Origin: Candidatus Nanohaloarchaea archaeon
GTDB lineage: Archaea > Nanohalarchaeota > Nanosalinia > Nanosalinales > Nanosalinaceae
Direction of reading: 5' to 3'
DNA: 43,755 bases
Assembly (NCBI GenBank): GCA_046497485.1
Contig: JAWOFP010000034.1
Location: forward strand, 1-43,755
Shown here: positions 8,994 through 18,061 of the stretch, in pieces
How the letters are laid out: each line of letters opens with the position of its first letter
Position numbering within the stretch: position 1 is the first letter of the stretch
Notes under the pieces: generated by a model
What the model saw: the letters and a program-made list of their open reading frames with translations, nothing else
Told to the model about the DNA's origin: nothing
Databases searched by the model: none
Program-made: the position numbers and the translations under genes

Positions 8994-9880
8994 GCATTTA
9001 CGTTGATGAAGATACCAAAGTACTGGTTCAGGGAATCACTGGCAGAGAGGCAAGTGAAAAGGTGCCGGAGATGCTCGAGTACGGGACCGATGTCGTGGCG
9101 GGCGTCACCCCCGGCAAAGGAGGGCAAGAAGTCCATGGCACACCTGTCTACGACACGGTCGAGGAGGCCTTAGAGCAGCACCCAGAAATCAATGCCTCGG
9201 TAGTCTATGTGCCTCCAAAATTTGCAAAAAACGCGGCATTCGAAGCCCTTGACGCAGAAATACCTTTCCTGAACATAATTACAGAACACATCCCTGTAAG
9301 AGATACTTGGGAAATCCATAGAAAAGCAGAGGAAAAAAACGCTAGAATTGTAGGACCCACCTCAGTAGGGATAATCTCTCCTGGAAAAACCAAGCTAGGG
9401 CCTATAGGCGGATCCGATCCTGAAAAAATGTACAGGCCTGGCAAAATTGGGATAGTCTCTAAGTCAGGAGGTATGACGACTGAAACCGCGCATGTAATCA
9501 AACAATCAGGATTTGGAGTCTCTACAGCAATGGGTATCGGCGGAGACATAATTGCAGGAACCGATTTTACAGACGCTTTAAAGGCCTTTGAGGAAGATAA
9601 TCAGACCGAAGCGGTTGTAATATTTGGAGAGTTAGGTGGTCGTTCAGAGTTGAAGGCTGCGGAGTTCATCGAAGAAGAAATGTCGAAACCCGTGGTCGCA
9701 TTTATAGCCGGCAGATTTACCGAGAACTTGCCTTCAAAGCAATACGGTCACGCAGGCGCAATTATACGGGCTGAAGAGGAGAGACCTAGCTACAAGAAGA
9801 AAAGACTAGAAGAAGCAGGAGCTCATGTCGCGGACATGCATCATGAGATCGGTAAAAAGCTGGAAGAACTAAGCCTGTAA
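8990..9880 (+). CDS. SucD-like CoA-ligase alpha subunit, probably the citryl-CoA synthetase/ACL partner
   Basis: VQGITG, GVTPGKGG, VSKSGG, GIGGD and the phospho-His motif YGHAGA. Confidence 0.88.
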   Translation: MSIYVDEDTKVLVQGITGREASEKVPEMLEYGTDVVAGVTPGKGGQEVHGTPVYDTVEEALEQHPEINASVVYVPPKFAKNAAFEALDAEIPFLNIITEHIPVRDTWEIHRKAEEKNARIVGPTSVGIISPGKTKLGPIGGSDPEKMYRPGKIGIVSKSGGMTTETAHVIKQSGFGVSTAMGIGGDIIAGTDFTDALKAFEEDNQTEAVVIFGELGGRSELKAAEFIEEEMSKPVVAFIAGRFTENLPSKQYGHAGAIIRAEEERPSYKKKRLEEAGAHVADMHHEIGKKLEELSL

Positions 9881-10073
9881 GAAATTTTTGTCCAAACTAT
9901 GCAGAGACTTATGCAGTACAAAACATATTTAACTTTTCAGAATTTTTGACTTCATAAGGGGAAATACTTTTGACCAGAGATTCAAAATTTTTTAGAGTAA
10001 GAGGCGCTGAAGAGGTTGCCTAAATGATCAGGGTCCCCTGTGCTGGGGCCTGCTCAAAACCTATTCTGCATGA

Positions 10074-12173
10074 ATGGAGGCCTTCAATATGAAGAGGCCT
10101 CTACATCTGGATTCCAGAACTGTAGCGGATTTCCAAGCCTTAACCGGTACTGGAAATACGAGAGTACTGAACCATTTAATTGAGAACTTGCCTATACGAG
10201 AGGCCTCTCAAAGCCTTGATCCTGAGTTCTATTCGGCTCTATCAGATTTCATAGTAGATGTTGAGGATTCAAAGTTCAACGGGATGAATCCTGTAAAAAA
10301 CCGTGATGATAGATCAAGGTTGCTGGAAGAATGGAGAGCATATACTCTAGGAAACAAAAGCAACATTAATTTGAAGGATTCTGCAAAATCTGATCTAGCG
10401 CTTAGAATAGAAGCTGCTGAAGAAGTGCCAAAAGTTAATGGTATGCCGGTGAACGAGGCAGTAGAGAGAGCAGGAAACTGGCTAGCCGACAGCTATACAG
10501 CTAGAGGTAGAGCCAGGCCTGAAACCGCTTACATTTCACGAGAGGATGCGCTTTTTCAGGATCATCTTGGGCTCAGAGAAGATAGTATTTTGAGAATGTT
10601 TAGTCTTGGTAGCCCGGATGAAAATGACCGTTTACAAGCCAGTGTCGGATTGCTGGCCTCAGAAGCTGATAGAGCTGAGATAATTTATCCTTTCGAACGC
10701 GGTGAGAATAATTTTAGATGGGGCCGCTCAGAACAGATTGAGCAGGACGAAGCAAAAGACATGCTTGGAGCCGATATAGACTCCCTGCTCGAAGATACCG
10801 CCGATTCAATGAAAAATAGCTTAAAAAGAGTATCAAAGCTTTTAGAGGAGGAAACAGGCCTGAAAAGAGAAGGTATTGATCCAAGAGAGTATATCCAGAT
10901 GGTCTACCGCTCTGATCTCGATTCTGTAGAGTTATATCCTGATATAGTTCAGAATTCGATCAAAAAAGCAGTAGCAGAAGCAGGATCCGATAATGCCACA
11001 GGAATCAATGAAAGCTCAGCGAAGAAGGTAAGCAACAATACAGGAGTCATAAGACCTCATGGAGTCGATCCTCTCAGCTTCATGGATGCAGTTTCGAAAT
11101 CTGAGAGTCTAACCAATGTAGATGTAGAAGATGCTGTCAGAAGAGCGGTTCTCGGAGTTGAAAGAACTAAAGATGAGCTAGGATTGAGAAAATATAAATC
11201 AGGAGATAAAGAGGCCTATTCCGTGACCACCATAATCGACCCATTCCCTAATAGCTATGATGAATGGTCTAGACAGGAAAGACTGGATTTTCCTTTCCAT
11301 AGAGAGATAGATACAGGTGGAGGCCTGTTTCACTGGAAAAACATTTATGACGGGGAAAATGGAAGGTATGATGCAGATATTGTCCGTGATTACGCCGGGC
11401 TTAGAGGGACTCTGGCTCACGAAACAGTATTTGAAAACTATGTAGATAATCCTGACGAAGTTAAAGGAGACACTGAAAAGTACTGGCAGAAATTAAAAGA
11501 GCTGAAAGCTGAAAAAGGAGATCTAGGCCCGTTACAGGATATAGTTGACTGGAAAGAGGAGAAAGAGTTTGATGTCCTAGAATATGATAAATCTGGGACA
11601 GGCATCGTACGCAATGGCAGGGAACTTGCGGAAAAAGAGATAGACTGGATAGAAGATGAGTTCAAAAAACTGGAAACAGAACTAGGCCTTAAAAAGGAAA
11701 ATGTGATAGCTGCAGAGAAAGAGTTTGTCCATACCGCTTCCCTTCCATGGAAGGAAGAAAAGTTTTCCTACGGAGGTACAGTCGATTTACTTTACGAACA
11801 TGAATCAGGAGAGACCTGGCTACTTGATCTGAAGACCGGTTCCATGAAACCGAACTATGCTATCCAACAGGCGGCTTACAAAAACGCTATTGAAAACTCG
11901 GAATTCTTCGACATAGACGAGATTGATAGAGTCGTGATACCATCAATAGATCCAGAAAGCATGATGTACACCGAGAATGAACCTGTAGTATATACCGACA
12001 GGCCTCACCAAAATCCTAGATTTGAAAGCAGCAAGTTCCTAGATGCGTCAAACATTGGTCTGGAATCCTCTGAGTACAGACAGAACCGATGGAGGCCTGA
12101 AAACTGGGATGAAGAGGCTTTCTATATCTTCGCTAGAGCAGCAGAGCAAATGAATGAGGCCTCGAGAGCCTAA
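10074..12173 (+). CDS. large protein with a C-terminal PD-(D/E)XK (RecB-like) nuclease domain
   Basis: YSVTTI, RGTLAH, AAEKEF, GGTVDLL, LDLKTG and IQQAAY motifs; the N-terminal ~370 aa are unrecognised. Confidence 0.7.
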   Translation: MEAFNMKRPLHLDSRTVADFQALTGTGNTRVLNHLIENLPIREASQSLDPEFYSALSDFIVDVEDSKFNGMNPVKNRDDRSRLLEEWRAYTLGNKSNINLKDSAKSDLALRIEAAEEVPKVNGMPVNEAVERAGNWLADSYTARGRARPETAYISREDALFQDHLGLREDSILRMFSLGSPDENDRLQASVGLLASEADRAEIIYPFERGENNFRWGRSEQIEQDEAKDMLGADIDSLLEDTADSMKNSLKRVSKLLEEETGLKREGIDPREYIQMVYRSDLDSVELYPDIVQNSIKKAVAEAGSDNATGINESSAKKVSNNTGVIRPHGVDPLSFMDAVSKSESLTNVDVEDAVRRAVLGVERTKDELGLRKYKSGDKEAYSVTTIIDPFPNSYDEWSRQERLDFPFHREIDTGGGLFHWKNIYDGENGRYDADIVRDYAGLRGTLAHETVFENYVDNPDEVKGDTEKYWQKLKELKAEKGDLGPLQDIVDWKEEKEFDVLEYDKSGTGIVRNGRELAEKEIDWIEDEFKKLETELGLKKENVIAAEKEFVHTASLPWKEEKFSYGGTVDLLYEHESGETWLLDLKTGSMKPNYAIQQAAYKNAIENSEFFDIDEIDRVVIPSIDPESMMYTENEPVVYTDRPHQNPRFESSKFLDASNIGLESSEYRQNRWRPENWDEEAFYIFARAAEQMNEASRA

Positions 12174-12217
12174 ATTTTTCCATTATTAAGTTAAAAATTT
12201 GTATCCGGAATAACTAT

Positions 12218-12658
12218 ATGACTGCCTCAGAGAGAGAACAAGGGAATAATCACCAAATCTATCATCCTCCTATAGAGACTGAGGATAAAGACCTGTTCCG
12301 AATCTCTCCCCTGGCATTGATAGACCATGTGCAGAATGAACCTGATAGAGTTTTAGAGAGAACCTACAATGAAAACTCAGTAGAGTTGAAGGTTAAAGGC
12401 GGCCTATCTTACGATGAGGACGATCCATCACAGGAAAACTGGAGGTTCGAATACGGGTCAAAGTTCTTTATAGATGGTCCTAAAGAAGGGTTGGTTAGAC
12501 AGTTCGTGGATTATGAACCTGTACATTCATCAAGGGAATCGGCACAATCAACGATCTCAAACAGGATATTTACACAACTGGAGAAAAGGAGCCTGAGAGA
12601 CTACGCCAAAAAAGGATATGAAGAAGCAGCCGAAATACTGAATGGGGAAAACCCATGA
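12218..12658 (+). CDS. hypothetical protein
   Basis: 146-aa acidic ORF whose stop overlaps the next ATG. Confidence 0.55.
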   Translation: MTASEREQGNNHQIYHPPIETEDKDLFRISPLALIDHVQNEPDRVLERTYNENSVELKVKGGLSYDEDDPSQENWRFEYGSKFFIDGPKEGLVRQFVDYEPVHSSRESAQSTISNRIFTQLEKRSLRDYAKKGYEEAAEILNGENP

Positions 12659-13353
12659 CAGACTGGAAAACATCAATCTCATCTTCAGGTAAAAACGCAG
12701 AAGTAAGAGGAGAATCTCTTAAGAATGTCATGGATATGGATTTCTCCGACGCAATTTTTCTAATACTGAAAGGAGAAAGGCCTAAAGATAAAGAGTCTGA
12801 AATGTTCAAGACTATACTTTCCTCCTGCATCGATCATGGAGTCGGGAATCCTTCTACTGTAGCTGCTAGAACAGTTCAGAGCGGAGGGAACGACATGAAC
12901 ACAAGTGTAGCCGCTGGAGTCATGGCTTTAGGCGACAAACACGGAGGAGCAATCGAAGAATGCATGGAACTTCTCCAGTCAGAGGCCTCAGCAAAGGAAA
13001 TAGTTAAGGAAAAGCTGGAGAACGGGAAAAAAATCCCGGGCCTAGGCCACAAAGTCTACAAAAATGAGGATCCAAGATCTCAGAAAATGCTTGAGAAAGC
13101 AGAAAATCTAAGCCTTAACGGAGAGTTTACTGAAAAAATGCTTGAGATCCAAGAAGTATTTGCAGAAGAAAAAGTTGATCTGGTATTAAATGTTGATGGC
13201 GCGATCGCAGGAATTATGAGCGACCTAGGCTTTGAACCAGAGCTAGGGAAAGGGTTCTTCATAATTGCCCGGACTCCAGGCCTCGTAGCCCATGTAAGAG
13301 AAGAGATGGATGAAGAAGACTTTAGAAGAGAATATGGAGAATATATTGGTTAA
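12655..13353 (+). CDS. ccl: citryl-CoA lyase (citrate synthase-like small protein)
   Basis: WKTSIS, DHG..PST..AR, HGGA, IPGLGH, DPR, LNVDGAIA and R..GL.AH; only 232 aa. Confidence 0.85.
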   Translation: MTDWKTSISSSGKNAEVRGESLKNVMDMDFSDAIFLILKGERPKDKESEMFKTILSSCIDHGVGNPSTVAARTVQSGGNDMNTSVAAGVMALGDKHGGAIEECMELLQSEASAKEIVKEKLENGKKIPGLGHKVYKNEDPRSQKMLEKAENLSLNGEFTEKMLEIQEVFAEEKVDLVLNVDGAIAGIMSDLGFEPELGKGFFIIARTPGLVAHVREEMDEEDFRREYGEYIG

Positions 13354-13772
13354 AGTTTCTCGTTAATCTTTTTTACTTCCTTTAGAATTTCTTCTAGTAC
13401 CTCTGACTGACTTGGACCATCAGATGAACCCGACTTTTCTTCTTTAATTCTCGAGTTTATCATCTCCTGGACTTCTTTTGGGTCATCGATAGCTGCGAAA
13501 CGCATTTCTACGCCCGAGCCTCCAGCCGTGGAAATCCCAATGCTTCCGTAACCTAGCTGTTTTCCGAGAATTCCTTGAGTGAATGAGATATTCTGGACTT
13601 TCTCAAACCCGATCTTCTGCACATCTCTTGAAAACATTCCAGTCTTTCTGTAGAGGCCTTGAGTCGTCACAACATAGTCTGTTATGCTTAGGCCTAGAAA
13701 CTTCTGTATACGAGGTTTTCCAATCCAGAGGACTTCTTCGTCCTGATCCAGTGATAGCCAGTCAAATTCCAT
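13350..13772 (-). CDS. bacterial/archaeal PH domain protein (bPH_2/DUF304-like)
   Basis: YVVT...Y..TG..SR...I...KVQ.I...QG..G...GYG.I.ISTAG motif. Confidence 0.8.
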   Translation of the reverse strand: MEFDWLSLDQDEEVLWIGKPRIQKFLGLSITDYVVTTQGLYRKTGMFSRDVQKIGFEKVQNISFTQGILGKQLGYGSIGISTAGGSGVEMRFAAIDDPKEVQEMINSRIKEEKSGSSDGPSQSEVLEEILKEVKKINEKL

Positions 13773-13840
13773 AAACCAGTTTTTGAAGGCGTTGAAAATA
13801 AAACCGATGGCTTCAAAACAATCTTTGAGGCCTAAAAGAA

Positions 13841-14161
13841 ATGGTTAAAGTAAAATCCCAGTTAGGAGATGTAACAATAGAGGAAGACTGCTTCTACAGG
13901 AAGAAACAGGGCGAATGGGAAAATATACTGGACCAGTACCCTGACGAGAAAATAATAGATGGCGCAGAGTTCTCCGAGATTACAGGCCTGAAACTGGAGG
14001 AAGGCTCAGTCAATCCATGCATCAAAGTCCAGATTGACGATGAGGAATGGAAACATTTGTTTTTCCAAGTCAATGATCCGGTTCAGAAAGCCTGGGCCCG
14101 TCTGCGTTATATGTGGCAGAGCTATCTTCAGAACCATTCAGGCGAAGACTTCAGAAACTGA
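13841..14161 (+). CDS. hypothetical protein
   Basis: 106-aa acidic ORF with host-like composition. Confidence 0.55.
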   Translation: MVKVKSQLGDVTIEEDCFYRKKQGEWENILDQYPDEKIIDGAEFSEITGLKLEEGSVNPCIKVQIDDEEWKHLFFQVNDPVQKAWARLRYMWQSYLQNHSGEDFRN

Positions 14162-14324
14162 AGACTGCCTGAGTCATGTAGAACAGAGTTGTAAGGCCTA
14201 CAAAAAGCATTGAAAGAGTCTTGCTGTTGATCTCTGTATTTATCTCTCTAGAATTAAAGTAGGTCCTCTTTACTGCTGTTGAAAATGTGAGGCCTGTCGC
14301 TGCTAAAAGCAGTCTCGTAATCAT
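14151..14324 (-). CDS. small hydrophobic protein
   Basis: Two hydrophobic segments; ATG lies 3 nt past the tRNA-Glu 3' end. Confidence 0.4.
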   Translation of the reverse strand: MITRLLLAATGLTFSTAVKRTYFNSREINTEINSKTLSMLFVGLTTLFYMTQAVFSF

Positions 14325-14327
14325 TGA

Positions 14328-14402
14328 TGCGGTCACCGGGATTTGAACCCGGGTCTTCGGCTCGAAAGGCCGAGATGATTGGCCGGACTACACTATGACC
14401 GC
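14328..14402 (-). tRNA. tRNA-Glu(TTC)
   Basis: GCGGTCA/TGACCGC acceptor stem, anticodon loop CTTTCGA, T-arm GGGTTCAAATCCC; 75 nt; TTTATAA box about 30 nt upstream. Confidence 0.97.
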
Positions 14403-14460
14403 CGTAAATACAACACTATAACCAAATCTTATAAACGGCTAACCATAGAAAAAAGAAAAT

Positions 14461-14931
14461 TTATTCATCCATACGGATACCGCCTACAAAGCCTCCGCTC
14501 GAAACCTGATCTGTCAGGCCTTCATTGTCGAAAATTATCTCCACATCGAAGTCTTGTCCAGTATCGTTTCTGGAGAAGTTCGGCAGTCTTACCTCGGCAG
14601 ATTCTTGAGAGCCTAACTCTAGAACATCGGGATCATCTTCTGCCTCTGAAAAATTGCTGTCTCTAAATCTTAGCCGTCCAGAAGGATCTTCAACTGTAAC
14701 ATTCTTCACTTCTGCAGTTCCTCTTCTAGCATTTGTTATCTGCAGACTGAGATTACCTTCGCTTGTAATACCAAAATCCTCCAATAGGATTGACTGACCC
14801 GCCCATCCCGTGACTTCCTCGACATCCTGATCTTGAGCAAGTGTAAAGATAAGGCCTCCGACAATCGCCACAACAAGTAACATCCATCCATAGGTCATTA
14901 AGTACTCGATTGCGGACTGTCCTTTCGTCAT
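14461..14931 (-). CDS. type IV pilin-like protein (class III signal peptide) #1
   Basis: KG|QSAIEYLMTYGW, a hydrophobic helix and a small beta-sandwich. Confidence 0.85.
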   Translation of the reverse strand: MTKGQSAIEYLMTYGWMLLVVAIVGGLIFTLAQDQDVEEVTGWAGQSILLEDFGITSEGNLSLQITNARRGTAEVKNVTVEDPSGRLRFRDSNFSEAEDDPDVLELGSQESAEVRLPNFSRNDTGQDFDVEIIFDNEGLTDQVSSGGFVGGIRMDE

Positions 14932-14990
14932 ACCTTAACTTTAGAGAGTCTGTTAAAAAAGGTTACCGCAGCCCCAAATCTAGAAAGTGT

Positions 14991-15581
14991 TTAATTCTCA
15001 AGGCTGCAACCAGTCAGCTCCGAGTAAAACTCTTGACTCTGAACTCCCTGATAAAACTCGCCGTTATATGAAGTTACAGGCAAATTCTGGACTCCAGACT
15101 GGTTCAACTGCTGGGCAACCTGTTGATTTGCTTCAACATACACATTTTCGAGGCCTGCTGTACCTAGAGTCTGTAACTGCTGCTGAGTTGCTTGCTGCTG
15201 AGAGGATCCAATGATTGTTACATTGTTCTGGCCAAGGCATTGATTAAACTCATACTGGGCTGAAACCGTCTCAGTATAATTATTAGCGTTCACAGGATTA
15301 TTCAAGATATACTGGCCGTCCTTACTGACAAAGACATTCTGAAGCCCGTTACCAGACTCAATTATAACCCTGTAAATACTTGGAGACTCGCTTTCAACGC
15401 TCGCAACTTCAACCTCTAATCCTTGAGCTTCAAAGGCCTCAGTCACAATACTCGAGGCCTCAGACTCGCTGACATTTCCCATCGACAAATGATAAACTGC
15501 AGCACCTGCTAGAAGGCCTATAATTAATGATATAATTACAGGGATAAGAAGTTCCCTCTGCTTGATTTTCTTTAAGTTCAT
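14991..15581 (-). CDS. membrane-anchored thioredoxin-like protein lacking CxxC
   Basis: TM, DsbC-N-like 'YRVII...VFVSKDGQYIL', then a Trx-like 'F.QCL...G...Q...YVE...P...NG..YQG....TGC' segment. Confidence 0.55.
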   Translation of the reverse strand: MNLKKIKQRELLIPVIISLIIGLLAGAAVYHLSMGNVSESEASSIVTEAFEAQGLEVEVASVESESPSIYRVIIESGNGLQNVFVSKDGQYILNNPVNANNYTETVSAQYEFNQCLGQNNVTIIGSSQQQATQQQLQTLGTAGLENVYVEANQQVAQQLNQSGVQNLPVTSYNGEFYQGVQSQEFYSELTGCSLEN

Positions 15582-15665
15582 GCTTAGGACTTAGGCCTAG
15601 ATGTTTATAATAACTGTTTAATGGGAAAAGCTATATGCAATCTAGCAGAAAATAAATAAAAAATA

Positions 15666-17948
15666 TTACCTTGTCTGGACAACACCAAATCCATCTGTTG
15701 AAACAACGCCTTCAGAATTAGATATAACAATGCTTCCTATTAGAGATTCTAGAACATTCTGAGCTTCAAGCTGATTTTCAGTATCTAAAGATTGGAGAAT
15801 CGGATAACCATCCTGTTTAGCTTTTTCATCTGAGGCCTGAACTGTCTTCCATGTATTCTGGAAATCAAGTCCATTCATATTACTTGAAGCTGAGCTCCCA
15901 TTCATTTGGTCAGTTGTTAAAGATGTACCGCCTGCACTACTGCTCTGGCCTGAGGCCTCCGTATCCCAATAAGAACTTCCTACAGTTCCTCCATCTCCAA
16001 CTAAACCTCCTGAATCATAGTTATTTTGGCCATATACCCTCCCATAACTATAGCTGTTTTCCACAGCACCATTATTCAATTGTCTGCCGACTAAACCCCC
16101 TATCCTTCTATCGCTTGACCCATTCACAGCTACTCCGCTATAAGAGTTATTAATTATTCCTCCATCATTTAACCCTATTAAACCTCCAATTTGTTCATCT
16201 GCCTCAACATTTCCTGAAGCCGCAGCAGCATGAACTTCCCCTCTATTCCATCCTATCAAAGTTGCAGAATAATAGCCCCCATTAATATCCGCATTTTTTA
16301 ATTGAATATCTCTAACAATCGAAGAATCAGATGTCTCTGCAAATAAGGCAGAATAACTGCCATCATCTATAGATAAATCCTCAATTGAACGGCCTGCGCC
16401 ATCAAAAACCCCCGAAAACTGGTCGGAATCTGCAATAGGCTGGAAATCAGAACCAGAGCACGAAATTGAGTCCGTTAATTTATAGCTACTTTCAAACAAA
16501 GATTCCTCATTTATAGCTCTAAGATCATCGCAGCTCCCTATTTCATAAGGCACATTTCCTTCTCCGCACCCATTCCATGGCAAGTCTTTATTTGTCTGAT
16601 TCTCCCAAGCTAAACGAGGGTAACAAGAAACAGAATCCCATATCGCCTCAAAATCAAATCCCTGAAGATTTTCTTCAGCAGGCGTTCCAACCATCTCAGA
16701 AGTCATAAGACCTTCACCGCCAGAAGATCCAGACTGACTTGACGAATTCACATCCCAGTATGAATCTGTTGCGGTCCCATCACCCATTAAACCTCCAGAA
16801 TCATAACCATCAGAACCAATAACTTTCCCCGTACTATAACTTCTGTATGCTCCTCCGCCTCTACCCACTAAACCACCAATTCTAGTATTATCTGTACCAT
16901 TAACTTGCACCATGCTGTAAGAATCATAAACTTCTCCATACTGATTAAAACCAGTTAAACCTCCTAGTTGAGAACTACCCGAAACGCTACCCTCTCTAAC
17001 AAAACTCTGCCTGATTTCACCATTATTCCAGCCAACCAAGCCCCCTGTATACAGCCCGCCAGAAACAGTAATATTTTTTAGTCCAATCCGTTCAACGGTA
17101 GAAGACTCTGAAATACCTCCAAATAATCCTGTATCTGAGCCTTCATTTATTGACAAACCCGAAATAATATGGCCGCTACCATTAAAATGGCCTTCAAACC
17201 TGTTATCACTGTCTCCTATCGATTCAAAATCGCCAAAACCACTGCAATTAATGTTATTAGATAACTGATAATTTTCAGATAAGTTATTTCTCATAGATTG
17301 CAAATCACTACAGTTCTGGACTTGAACAAATGTTGATGCTGATTCTACATCCATGCTCCATACTGTTGAGAAAGAACCCCATTTGATTTCAGGCCTTTCT
17401 CCTTCTTCGAATGATACAATTATTTCTGCATCCGCATTCTCTGAATTTTCAATTGATTCCAAGTTACCTGTTAAGGCCTGGACTGGGATATCCTCTATCC
17501 TATTATCGTTTACTGCTTCGACATCATTGATTAGGTCTTCTTCAAATCCTTCTCTCTTAGGATAATCTGTGAATCTCTCTTGAACCAGGTTTCTAACTTC
17601 TTCATTATTTGAGGCCTGTAAAACTTGTTCACCGAACTCTGTCAATTCAAAGTTAAGCGCCGATTTGTAATAGAGTCGGCCATTCCTTGAGTCCTGCCGC
17701 TCTATACTGACGGTCTCGATATCAAACACATATTCGCTTCCGAGTTCGCCTTCAAAAGTATCCGTGTACTCAGTCGAGGCCTGAACAGTTCCAGATTCAT
17801 TATTCTCATTTTGACTTGCTTCAGGTTCAGAAGCTTGATCGCTTGGACCTTCAACTATACTAGAAATATCTGCCTGGAAAAATATGGCAAGGCCTAAGAA
17901 AGCAAAGATCCCTAGAAATGCTAAAGCCGTTTTATGTCCTTCATCCAT
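15666..17948 (-). CDS. membrane-anchored surface protein with two GLUG-repeat beta-helix modules
   Basis: N-terminal TM; duplicated 'I..C.DL..I...Y.L...I.CSG..F.PI...F.G.F.G.G..I..LSI' with GGLVG repeats and SYWD...S.Q..S.GG. Confidence 0.85.
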   Translation of the reverse strand: MDEGHKTALAFLGIFAFLGLAIFFQADISSIVEGPSDQASEPEASQNENNESGTVQASTEYTDTFEGELGSEYVFDIETVSIERQDSRNGRLYYKSALNFELTEFGEQVLQASNNEEVRNLVQERFTDYPKREGFEEDLINDVEAVNDNRIEDIPVQALTGNLESIENSENADAEIIVSFEEGERPEIKWGSFSTVWSMDVESASTFVQVQNCSDLQSMRNNLSENYQLSNNINCSGFGDFESIGDSDNRFEGHFNGSGHIISGLSINEGSDTGLFGGISESSTVERIGLKNITVSGGLYTGGLVGWNNGEIRQSFVREGSVSGSSQLGGLTGFNQYGEVYDSYSMVQVNGTDNTRIGGLVGRGGGAYRSYSTGKVIGSDGYDSGGLMGDGTATDSYWDVNSSSQSGSSGGEGLMTSEMVGTPAEENLQGFDFEAIWDSVSCYPRLAWENQTNKDLPWNGCGEGNVPYEIGSCDDLRAINEESLFESSYKLTDSISCSGSDFQPIADSDQFSGVFDGAGRSIEDLSIDDGSYSALFAETSDSSIVRDIQLKNADINGGYYSATLIGWNRGEVHAAAASGNVEADEQIGGLIGLNDGGIINNSYSGVAVNGSSDRRIGGLVGRQLNNGAVENSYSYGRVYGQNNYDSGGLVGDGGTVGSSYWDTEASGQSSSAGGTSLTTDQMNGSSASSNMNGLDFQNTWKTVQASDEKAKQDGYPILQSLDTENQLEAQNVLESLIGSIVISNSEGVVSTDGFGVVQTR

Positions 17949-18061
17949 CTATAGTTGAGGCCTCCAATAGATCTATAACCTGTATTTAGTTGTCTTCAGA
18001 CTTAAAATATAGTGACGGAATAATCGACAAATATTTACAGTTTAATCCCAAAACGGGAATT

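Noticed and set aside
7294..9880. Ordinary succinyl-CoA synthetase sucCD
   Set aside because: The beta-subunit substrate-site motifs are ACL-type, and a citryl-CoA lyase is nearby.
10025..10073. GC-rich hairpin and short upstream ORFs before the nuclease gene
   Set aside because: The stem is imperfect and the ORFs are very short; neither an ncRNA nor a frameshifted 5' end can be supported.
10074..12173. Cas4 or CRISPR association
   Set aside because: No Fe-S cysteines, no other cas genes and no repeat-spacer array anywhere in the window.
14379..14666. 95-aa + strand ORF
   Set aside because: It overlaps tRNA-Glu and the pilin gene in antisense.
15051..15070. Partial match to the dif-like core (gccgttatat)
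   Set aside because: Only one arm is present, and it lies inside a coding sequence (SYNGEFY).
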